From NCBI GenBank assembly GCA_051530055.1, contig CM121341.1, positions 16,780,784 to 16,844,783 on the forward strand: 64,000 bases of DNA, read 5' to 3'. A model generated the notes under the pieces. That model did no database searches and had not been told where the DNA came from. It saw only the letters and a program-made list of their open reading frames with translations. Positions 37,697-48,169 of the stretch are shown here, piece after piece. The stretch is from Neoechinorhynchus agilis (taxonomy: Eukaryota > Animalia > Acanthocephala). The position numbers and the translations under genes were made by a program. Positions within the stretch are counted from its first letter, which is position 1. Every line of letters starts with the position of its first letter.

Positions 37697-38394
37697 GGTT
37701 GATTAGGGTGGCTTTATTTTTTGCCAATATTAGCGTTTTTACAGTCGACGCTATTCAATTTTTGTGTCGTTCCTTTTGATTGAGATTTCTATTAATCGCT
37801 ATAAGATCCGCCATTCCCGAGGGAACTGTGATATTTTCGGTATTGGTAATAACAAACACTTCTACTAGACCAATATCTTCCAACGCAAAATATATTGCCT
37901 ATATCTTTTACGACGATATTTCCAGCAACAAAAATGTTCAAAGAGTCTAGCCAAGGAAGTGAACAAAAGTCTGTGCAGGGAGAGGAGTCGATTGCTGATG
38001 ATTCGAATTGTATTGACGATCAAAGTTATTGGCCTAGTGTAAAAGACGACCAGAAATCTCAGACTCCGTATTTGGACATTGGGGAGGATTCTAGCCAGGG
38101 AACAGATTCTATTGGTGAAGACGATTATTATCAATGATCTTACACGAACCCAGATGAATGCGACGGCTGGGGACGCCCTGCTGACTTTTTTTAGTCCGTG
38201 GAATATTTGGACGTAAGGGAATAGTACGATTGACAGTTCGATGTAATTGGAATTATGGAATAAATGTTGGTTTTAACAAGTAATACGATATGTCTCCCAT
38301 ATAATTGTTATTTCGCGTAAAAAGATATGTTCCTAACAATAGCATACTTTTGAATTTTGGTGATAATAATCGCGGTTAAAAGGTATTTTATTGT

Positions 38395-38438
38395 TAAGAT
38401 ACATTTCGCAAGGAAACCTCGCCTCATCAGTCATCAAG
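38395..38438 (-). ncRNA. Minimal hammerhead ribozyme motif (orphan, GCGAGG stem II family)
   Basis: CTTGATGA-CTGATGA-G-GCGAGG-TTT-CCTTGC-GAAA-TG-T-A-TCTTAA. Confidence 0.62.
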
Positions 38439-38489
38439 AAGGTTTCATGATTTGTTAGTTATTTGTTCTTTGCTGTTTTATGACTCGTG

Positions 38490-38740
38490 TTCACGGGATC
38501 GCAATTCCCGAAGTTCAGGGACCGTGTCGTCCATGATGAATTCGCCACCGAATTATATTTGATAACACAGACGATTACATAACATAGATTCTGTGCAGTG
38601 TTGACCGATCTGAACGTTTTGTTGGCCCAGTGGGTTGAAATGGCCAACACGAAGGGTAGCCTGGATAGGATGCCCAAGAAAATGCAGCGGAACTTTTGGC
38701 GTTGCTCTGACGGCATACTTCTGGAGTAAAAGAGTAGGCC
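38490..38740 (+). repeat. Inner right arm of the large inverted duplication
   Basis: Reverse complement of 36540-36790. Confidence 0.9.
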
Positions 38741-39499
38741 AGAGATAGCCAATGAGGACCATATTACTTTACACAATATGGCAGCAAGGCTGAGTCGCGA
38801 AACCCGTCTGTCCTTTGCTTTAGCGATTTTAAGAAACTTTTCAATTTTATGCATGTCAGGGGTCGCAGACGGATTACATGTCAGCGTGTATCTTATAATG
38901 TTTTATCTGTTGTATACGGGGTAAAAATCCAGATTCAAAATTCCGTTAGAAACTCTCTAATGTAACTTTTATCCATGGTAAATCGCGATTTGATTTAAAA
39001 AGTTCGTCCTTTGTCTTTTAAAAACAGTTTGGTGGTCATTTAATTTTTTTAGCACGCTCGCTAACTACCCAAATACTCGTATATAATTTGGTTTCTCGAT
39101 GACTACTGTCAAATCGCAGGCATTCATGATGATCGATGGATATGCTGTACAATCCATTACAATATACTGAGTGGCTAAACAAAATAAAATGGGCGATAGC
39201 AAGCAGTCTTGAGGTAACCCCTTAACCTGATAAAATTCGTTCCGGTAGTGTCATCTGCAAAGAAAAACGTCATCGATTTTAAGGTATTTCCCGGCGCCTT
39301 CGATCAGCACTCGGGGAATTCAATAAAACCTATCTGAGCTCTACGGCTAATATTTTTGATACAAAAGTAAAGACTCTGCAAGGTTTACGTTGGTCAATTA
39401 ACTCCTGCAACTGCAATGCTATAGGCCAAGTGCATCTATTGAAGTTTACCCGCTATGCCCATTATTTTGCAATGCAAAGTATCGCCGCTGCAATTTGTC

Positions 39500-40310
39500 A
39501 ACAATAACGTTTTTAAAGTTAAAGCAGCAATTTGATACAAGCAACCTAAAGGCGAAAAAATTTCTTAGATACGAGAGTCAAAGAGATTGTTTTTATCTGT
39601 TGAAAATTAAGTGGAAACGCAACCCAGATCCCTTCTCAAATTGGTCCTCTTCTGAATTGAATTATGTCCTAGACTCTATCAATCAACATCCATTGAATAT
39701 GAATTTGTCAGCTATATTTGTGTTTCAAAGTTAATGATGTCACTGATTTCAGTTGGTATCACAAACCGTGGCGTAAAAAGGATAATTAAGCATCGAGATT
39801 TCCATCAGCCTGGGTAATGAAACAGGTAATTTATGCTGAGATGTTAAGGACAGCGCTGGTTTGCTCATCGTCATTAACGGAGAAACGATTGGCGATAGAG
39901 ATATTGAACGAAATTTTTGCAGATAATGGATACAAACGTAACGAGATCATGCGGTTCCAGCAGCGGTGTAATTCAAGAGAGGAGAAACGGAAAGATGACC
40001 TTTCACGGAATCTATATGGAGGAAAATCGATTCTCAAGGTTCCATATATCAGTGAAAATTCACTAGCCACGTTCGAAAAATGCTGCGACGACCGAGAAAT
40101 AATGTCCCGATTGTCCGCGCAACGAGCGTTTTCGCGGACAATGCGCGGGCGAGTTCTGGACATCAGCTAGGCAAAGCTACAGTACTGTTCAACAGGCGGG
40201 ACGAACTTTCCGTTTCGGTGTCGCTAGTTCAACACATTTCACAGCTCGACGTGCCTTTGCAGATTTCTGAAGAAGCCGTAAGACGTCGAATGCTCAAAAA
40301 TATAAAAAAC
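39500..40310 (+). mobile_element. Degenerate Penelope-like element fragment (RT C-half and thumb)
   Basis: KFLRY..., FSWYHKP, KQVIYAEMLRTALVCSS, IFADNGY and LKVPYISE motifs. Confidence 0.75.
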
Positions 40311-40518
40311 TGATCGATCATGCGGCTGGAAAATCAAGTTGCATTGCCCAAGATTTTTCGAATTGATGCGATAATGCTTTATGTTTCAAATGTCTACCTG
40401 GAAGTGAACTTTATAAGTTAATAAAGTTAAATATGTGAAATTGAAATATAGTTTTAAACATTCGTAGGAATCCAAAAACTTTGTTCAAACCAGAGACGTT
40501 TCTAAATATTTAAGAACA
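40310..40518 (+). repeat. Distal part of the FoxO upstream module, copy 4
   Basis: Reverse complement of ~36090-36300. Confidence 0.85.
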
Positions 40519-40629
40519 TAGCTTCTCTCCTACCTCGGCTGCCGCTATCACGCTTGCATCGCCGGTCGTTTCTCTCAATTTCTTCGAGAGATCCTGGAGC
40601 AGAGTGAGTGCCGAGCTGCGACGGGCCAG

Positions 40630-40790
40630 TGACCTCGCCTCATCAGTAAACACGATCTAACGTCGTAAACACTTGCAAACAATGACTGATGAGGCGAGGT
40701 CACCTTGCGAGATATTTCAAAAAATCAAATGTGCTATTACCGGGTTTATTATCACCAAAATAATACCTGGACTAACCCGTAGGATTTTTT
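40630..40790 (+). repeat. Hammerhead-family repeat nested in the CRE element, with a 19-bp inverted repeat
   Basis: GTGACCTCGCCTCATCAGT ... ACTGATGAGGCGAGGTCAC; core CTGATGA-G-GCGAGG-TCA-CCTTGC-GAGA (GAAA mutated). Confidence 0.65.
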
Positions 40791-42159
40791 TATCGAATTC
40801 TCTATATTTTCGTAACTTCCTCCCTTCCGCTGCACTGGCTGCACCTCCAGGGATTTCGAGAGAGTACGGAATGTTGCTTACTGCGAGGGTGTCCACGCAC
40901 GTGGTGTCCCAGAGAAGGCATTTGCCCTCCCGCCGCGGAAAGACCGAAATTCTTCAGGGATGAACGGGTTCCAAGATGTTGGGAAGTTCGCCGTTCTCAA
41001 CGCCCGAGAAATTACGCCATTGATCTCAGAATGGCGTGAGAACCTTCCTCCAGACTTTCGGTAAACGAGATCGTGTCGCCCGAAAGCATCAACCAAAGAC
41101 CAACATCGACAGCGATGAGGCGTGCATATCGGGAGACCAAGTCTTAAGGGCACTGTGATCCTCGTTACCTCATCAGTGAGAAGAGTTCCCACAGATGCTA
41201 GAGGAACAGTCTCCAACCACACCCCCGATTCTCGTGTCGAAACTGCCAACAATCTAGCTCGGACGACCGCATCGCGAGAACCGGAAAGTAGAGAGCTGTG
41301 AGCTCTTGCGACGAGAGGTCTGTCCCAGACCGACCGTCTGAGGCCATTTACGGGAACGTGGTTAGCGCCTATCTGCTGGCACCATTCTTCAACTGCCACC
41401 TCAAAATCTTGGTCATGACAAAAATTTCCCCTCAGAATTTTCTTTGCTATCGGTTGACTCCCCTCATACGATCCAAGAAAGGCTGGCAAGGCAAGGACTA
41501 CTAGCGCCCGAATGCCCAACCATCCAGATGACACAGACAATGAAGCTTTTCGCCACGCCTCATTTGAGAGTTCGACATTTAAAATACGCTCGAGACAAGC
41601 CCTCACCTTGTCGTCGAGCTTAGCAATCCTTCCTTATGTTTCAAGAATGTTGCTGTGCAGTGCTGAGGCCTTAGCCCATCAAGCCCATGATCCGAACCAT
41701 TTGCAAAAGATGAGATGGCCTTTTTTAACTCTGAAATTTGAGTGGGTGTCCTGTCTTGTACGGTAGGAGGTAGCATTAAAAAACTGCCACTACTGCATGG
41801 ATGTTTTAACCAGTATATTTGTAGTGTCGCGTTGTCTCCTTGTGCAAAACTGTCGGAGGATGACAATAACCGAACAGCCCCCGAGCATCTCCGTAAGCAA
41901 GCTTCGAAGAGACACGTTCAGTCAGGGATCGCTTTGAAAAACGGCAACGAAACCCTTCCTTCGTGCGTCCCTAACGAACCTCGCGAAATTTCATTTCGAA
42001 ATGGTTATATAATAAAAACACGTTTTATTTATGTAAAAAATGCAAGATCTACACACTTGTCAGCATCTATCTTTGCTAAATGGTGTATGGATTACGGATG
42101 TTGAAAGCAAGGGAGGTGGGACTCCTTTTTGAAGGGGTATTGATGCGGGATCGGAGGCT

Positions 42160-42300
42160 TTGTAAAGGAGATGACATATTAGGAGTCTCCTTATTCTCCG
42201 GTTATTAAGGAAAGATTGCGCTTGAGGGAAGAAAGAATTTTGGTAGAGGGTGGTACGAGCGAGGGGGAAGAAAAGGGTTGGGGTTACGGGTGTCAAAGAC
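42160..42300 (-). mobile_element. LINE 3-prime fragment (CR1/L2/Jockey-like) nested in CRE
   Basis: ARTTLYQNSFFPQAQSFLN resembles the RT..Y..SFFP....N C-terminal motif. Confidence 0.5.
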
Positions 42301-43138
42301 ACCTAAGAATCATCACTGGTGCAAAGGACTAAGCGCGAAAATGCGAAGAGCTATTTCCATGGTGGCGTACAGTTCTTTTAGAGACAATCGTTGAGCAATC
42401 CCGTAAATGCTTTGGCGACCTGATATCGTGCGCCATTTGGGATCCGTTTCAGGACGTTCTTGGGCAGAAACCGCACGATATTAGGTAGCCAAATAGAGTC
42501 AGTGGTGATCTGAGAGGTCTTAGGCATAATCAGATCGGTTGATTGTAGTGATAACAAGACCCGCTACAGCGGAGATCCCGGGGACCATGGGCAAACAAAC
42601 CCCCAAATGGGTTAATTTAGAAGAACTTGGGAGCCCGGCAGCGTTGGTCTTCTCAGGTTGAGCGTGATCTTTAAGTTGCGCAATAAAGGTTTTTTTGCGT
42701 CAGTGATTTGAGGAACATAATTTAGGCGTGGTGTCCCGGTAGCGTTAGGCGTTTCCATTTTATGCCAAATAACCTCACAAACGATGAGGAACAACCCGTC
42801 CTTCAGAACGTTCAGGCGTGTAAGTGTTTAAATCTGATGAGGATCAACGTGTGTATTTATTAATTGCTAAAAAACGCTGATCTTCGGTGAGTACTAATCA
42901 GTGTCTGGTAATTTTAAATTTATCTGCGTATTCTGAGGCGAACTGCTGCAAAATTCTAACCACGAGTTATAAGTGTATTTGAACTCAAAAATACAATATT
43001 TTTCACTTGGATTAGGTGTCAATGGTTTCATGAAACATCCAGGAGTATATAAGCTGCGCTTAACACTTGAAGATCGTCTATTCACGTTGATTCTTAAACT
43101 TTGTAACAACGTCAAATTTCAAGAATCAAACAACTTCA

Positions 43139-43860
43139 ATGAACAATCTCAATCGATTAAACAACTTCCAGAATTCGGCACCGACAATAAATCCACATGA
43201 ACAGGCGGCCACTGAGACTGTAAGGAAACCTGGGAGACGACAAAATCCTTGGGGATTCGCCACTTATGCTGAACTTATTCAGCGGGCGATTACAACCTCA
43301 GCAGAGCAGCGACTAATGCTACAAGAAATCTACAATTGGATGATTAATAATTTTGAATATTTCGCATCAATGACCGCGAAAAGAGAAATCGATCAGATGA
43401 AGGTGAGCATCGCCATGATTCATTTTTTAAAACTTCAATAATATCTCAATTTTAGAACTCGATAAGACACAATTTATCACACCATGATCAATTTGTAAGG
43501 GTGGTAAGCGCCACAGGTTGCAGAGCATCCTATTGGACGTACAATCCAAACAACATAAAGGAACGTCCAGCAAAGCGACCTCGGGTTGGACAGGAAAATA
43601 TGAATGCAACGCGTGACGGGCGACAGTCCGCCAACTGTGACAGTCAAAGAAATTCGTTTGAGGCCGATAATCGTGATGGATTCCGGGATTCCTTAAATAA
43701 CGCTTGATTTGCACAGCAGAGCGAAAATTCTTCATTTATTGTCCAGCAGCATGAAAATCCGAGTATATTTGTAAAGAAAACGGATATTCTGGGAGTCTTG
43801 GATGGGATAATTAAAAGCAGGTATCAAAATAATCGTACGCAATAGATTGACAATGACGCT
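43139..43860 (+). pseudogene. FoxO copy 4 with ~1.27-kb internal deletion and premature TGA at 43705-43707
   Basis: Exon 1 43139-43402, intron 43403-43455, intact forkhead domain, then fused in-frame to NSFEADNRDGFRDSLNN; TGG in copy 3 corresponds to TGA here. Confidence 0.85.
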
Positions 43861-43899
43861 TGCTGGTTCCTACGATTGTGTACAAGTAATTAACTTTCA

Positions 43900-44485
43900 C
43901 GTTGATTATTGGCAAACATAAATCCATCGGTGCATTCGAACTGTTAACGCCGTATTATCAAAATTCATCACGTTTTTCTCCTTTTCACTCACGCTTTTTC
44001 TCTCTCTCGAGATGTTGCGGTCCATCGACAAGCAATTTATCCCGTTTGATGCAATCCACCCATCGTTTTATCGTCCTTCCTCGTCGGCGATTTCCCGTTA
44101 TTTATAGTCTCTCCGTACTGCGCAGTATGTGATGTGCTTCGTACTTCGAAACGTTATTGTGCCGGCACAACATGCTTTGGACGATCAACTCCGAACAGCG
44201 GCAAATGCCGAACAGCTCCCTCCCCATCTCGTTCGTTTCGCATCTTCTGAGGTCGTTTTGCTCCGCCGTCCAAGTTTCGGCGTTATATAACATGGCTGGC
44301 CGTACCACGGTCTCGAACAACCGCCCTTGCAATTGGGTGAGATCCTTTCGTCGCATAATACACTAGACATCTTCCTTCAGTTGAGCTACCCGCTTTGTAT
44401 GAGAACAGTTATTTCGGGTTCGAGGTAATTCGTGATATTTACTTCGTTGCCTAGATATTTCACAGTTCTTCTCATCGTCAAATCC
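43900..44485 (-). mobile_element. RTE-clade fragment, inverted copy of 32735-33230
   Basis: LFETVVRPAMLYNAETW; reverse-complement match. Confidence 0.8.
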
Positions 44486-44499
44486 AAGGGAAGTGTCTC

Positions 44500-44750
44500 T
44501 TATAGGATGCAAGCTGCACCGACACAATGTCCAAGTCCTTCGCTCGCTAATTTAGCCAATAAAAACCCCGGCGATGTAGCGACCGCAGAGGAGCGTCAGA
44601 AAGCGGCAAAATACGCTGAGCTGATGGAGATCTCACATTTTGTGCCTTTCGGGATCGAAACGTTCGGGCCCTCGGAGAATCCGCACTTCAGCTGGTTTCA
44701 GATATAGCAAGGAGGTCGATGGCGATGAAAAGGGACCTGCGTGCGACAAT
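44500..44750 (+). mobile_element. CRE-clade 3-prime fragment
   Basis: AEERQKAAKYAEL...FVPFGIETFGP; same subfamily as the 30585-32520 end. Confidence 0.8.
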
Positions 44751-45719
44751 TCAATGATTCGACCTTAAAAAAGGTAAAAATCAACAATAAAAAATAATCT
44801 TACATGTAAAGAACTTTTGTTCCATTCGTGCTGATTAGACGACAGTTTAGTATAGAAGCGTTTATATGTTGAATTTCGCAGGATTCCCAAATTAGTAAGA
44901 AGCGACGAATATGACTACTCATTACGGGGTACAATACCGATTAAAAGTGATATTAAGGCACAAAGATTAATGGTTGACATTTTGAAAAATGTGTCGTTCA
45001 GTGCATAGAGATTCGAATTCATCATCTACGTTTAAGATAGAGAACAGCAAGCTCAAATCGGTTGGGAGGTAAAAAGATACAAATTCTGCGGTATTAAATA
45101 ATTCATTTTACTCTTCTATTAATGTGTTCGATTATCGTTATGCAATAAGACATTTGATAGCTTAAGTATTTGCATTGATTTCCAATCTCAACATTTTGAG
45201 CACTTCATTTCCTTTAAAGGAAATCGATAAAGAACCTTTTTCTCCCTTTTAATTTAAAAAACAATAAATGTAAAATTTTGGTAAAATCGGAATATCTTAA
45301 GCGATTAAGAATATTGTCTAATTACGAAAATTAAATGGAAAGCGCAACTGTGATACTACGAAAAAACCTAATATTGCGACCTAACCATCTTGGCGTAGTG
45401 CCATCAAAACGACATTTGATAAAAGGTGAGCTTTTTTCAGAAATTCCGAATATACATTTGTGATTACTCAATAATATGCATTTCTCAGACGCTCTTCAGT
45501 TTCGTAATTTTGGCTTTTCCATCTTGACAAAGTGACGACAGCATCTCCAAACGATCGTTTTTCTGATGCTGAGCGGTGGTGTGAATGATTTCATGACATT
45601 TATAATAAATATCAAATATATTAAAGATAAATATTAAAAAAAATTAACATGGCACATTTTTTGCGGGCAACCCGTTTATTAAATTCTGCAATTGACAAAC
45701 ACAACAACAAAACGTATAA

Positions 45720-45805
45720 ACAATCACCACCGTCCACGAGGAAGAGTTATCGCTCTCCCCTCAGTGGTCGCGACCACACTCGCTCCGCTTTCTCCTTGGA
45801 TCGCG
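45720..45805 (-). mobile_element. CRE-clade 3-prime tip
   Basis: Ends GTGGACGGTGGTGATTG, as at 18390-18420. Confidence 0.55.
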
Positions 45806-45899
45806 AGACCTGATATGGCACATTATTAAAAATTAAAATTGACAAATAAACGAAAATAAAGCCCCAAAACAGAGAATTGAATTGATTTTTGTCAAAAAG

Positions 45900-46830
45900 A
45901 GCCCTTACAGCGTTCCTCGCCTCTTACCGAGCCAGCAAAACGTACGCGGAAGCCCTTTCCAACATGAGACAAAACTCCCAACATTATTTGGACGGTTTGT
46001 CGATCTGGCAATCCCAGACAGAGATCCCGCACCTTCCGGAAAATGACCACAAGCAGTAGGCCTGGTACCTTCCCCTCATAAAGAAGATTCACAAATCCTT
46101 TAGTGATCTTCTCGACGAGGTTTCCCAAGTTCGTCTTGCGGCGTGTTCTACAAAGGAATCGGGAGCCTGGCTAAATGCTCTCCCCGCCCCGACAATCGGA
46201 ACTCTTCTAGAGGATACGTTAAGGGTCGCAGTTTCTTTAAGATTGGGCCAGGATATTTGTATCCCGCATCGCTGTCGCTGCGGATCTATAGTTGAAGCCA
46301 ATGGCAGACACGGCCTCTGTTGTAAAATGTCCAGAGGGAGGATTCCAAGACACGCAGAGTTGAACTCAATTTTGAGTAAAGCCCTAGATTCCGTTCACGT
46401 GCCCAATATTTTAGAGCCAAGTAACTTGTGCCGCCTAGACAGCAAGCGACCTGGCGGTTTCACGGTTTCTCCATGGCGGGAGGAAAAACCGCTTTTATGG
46501 GATGCGACTTGCGTGGACACGCTTGCCCCCAGTAATTTTCAGTTTTCAAAAAAGAGCCCTGGAGGTTCAGCGGTCGTAGCTGAGGTCCGAAAACGTTCAA
46601 AATATAGAGAGCTCCTAAGGAATTACCATTTCGTCCCTTTTGCCGTGGGAACGTATAAAGCCTTCGGACCGTCAGCGCTCACTCTCCTCGACGATTTGGG
46701 ACGAAGGACGGATAGGATGACGGGGGAACCGCGCTCTAGAAATTTCCTCGCTCAACAAATCGCAATTGTGATACAGCGAGGGAACGCTGTCAATATACAG
46801 GCAACGTCAAGAAGTTCACAGGAATAAATT
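45900..46830 (+). mobile_element. CRE-clade element, 3-prime portion (CCHC plus RLE)
   Basis: ESGAWLNALP, LRLGQDICIPHRCRCG...GRHGLCC, KRPGG, WDATCVDT, FVPFAV and IAIVIQRGNA. Confidence 0.92.
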
Positions 46831-47109
46831 GTAATCGTTGTAAATTAATAAATTGTGGATTGGAAAAAAATAAACTTTAAGGCTTAGTCAATGCTCCCTC
46901 ATATGGCAGCAATAAATAAAAATAAAAATCGATCTAATAAATAAAATATAAAACGAAAACAAAACGAGGACGTTACGTAGCAAAACAACAACCATTCTTT
47001 CGTGTGGTAATCAGCCAGTTTGGTATATACTTTTTAGCGGAATGTTAAGATTTTTTCGCTACCAATAGTTCATTGTTTAATGACATTGGTCTCGCGATCC
47101 AAGGAGAAA

Positions 47110-47990
47110 GCGCAGCGAGTGTGGTCGCACTCTGACGAAGAGCTGTGGGCGAGATGATTGATCGTCAATGCGAACAGCAGTGGACCTAGAGGATCACCCC
47201 GTCGAACGCCCTCTGCTGATTCGACCTGGAACTCGCCGGACAGCAGCATGCTGGACTGGTCGTAGCACAAGGACACATACTGGTAGATTTCTGGTATGTG
47301 CTGGTGGACAACCTCTGTCATCGCGGTGCGGCATATTGAATTGAACGCGTTCTCCATGTCAAGCTTGACCATAGCCGTTCCTTTATTGATACCATTTCGA
47401 CTATACGCTCGTGCTGAGTGTACGACCGCCTCGGCTCCAGCAAGAACTCCGACTCCTAATTGAACCGGCAAGAGTTGATCGATCAATCGATCGGTGGCGA
47501 ACTGACACGCGACTTTGGATGCCAGTCGACGGAAGGTACAACCAACGGCAATCGGACGAACCCTCCACCTTTTTTGTGAAAGCGATCAGCTTGGCACCGC
47601 AGAGTAGACGAGCGTCTGGAGGAGGTACGGAACCGCGAATGATTACGCGTGCGAGCTCGGTGATTGCGTTCAGCAATCGCGTACCTTGAGCTCCTAAAGA
47701 GAAACAGGTCAAATCCCCTAAGTGTCTAGGGCTCAAACCATCATGCCCTCCAGCTGACGATAGCGAAAAGGATATCAGAGCGCAAGTGACGGTGGAGACT
47801 GTAATGGGTATGAGGGAGTCGCGGTCGGGCTCTGTGAACGACGGATCATAATTTGGCTTGAAGCAACTCCGTCTGTATGGAGGGTGCTTCAATTTTAAGG
47901 AGTCGAGGATGTCCTTGTTCGGCGCGAGTAGGCGGTCCGTTTCGCTTACAAGTCGAACGGCACCCCTCAGATCGCCGTCTTCCAGCTTGA
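47110..47990 (-). mobile_element. CRE-clade element, RT N-terminal half
   Basis: LKHPP, SAGGHDGLSPRHL, QLGVGV..GAEAVVH, KLDMENAFNSI and GVRRGDPLGPLLF. Confidence 0.92.
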
Positions 47991-48169
47991 AAACATAATA
48001 ATTTAATTTTAGATTCTTTCCTTCAGTCGTGAAATTCGCTCACACCTTGGACGGTTGCACGATTATCCTTTGTTATTCATGCCAATCGTAGAGAACAAAG
48101 TTATCTTCCCCAAAAACACTATTCCCGGAATTTTTTCCGTGTCAAAAAGCTGCGGGTAATTGACATGCC

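Larger units (their letters stand above)
40520..42680 (-). mobile_element. CRE-clade element lacking the RT core, replacing ~400 bp of the FoxO upstream module
   Basis: DGLRPQH joined directly to AWRKASL...LGIR, RARLLAVS, LRLG..C.PHRCRC and WDTTCVDT; carries nested insertions. Confidence 0.9.

Noticed and set aside
37895-38137. Acidic 80-aa ORF ending DDYYQ as a sulfotyrosine peptide or hirudin-like tail
   Set aside because: No ATG-led signal peptide and low complexity; resemblance is superficial.
45470-45510. CTGAAGA...GAAA on the minus strand as a further hammerhead (also a similar case at ~17380)
   Set aside because: Stem II does not pair convincingly.
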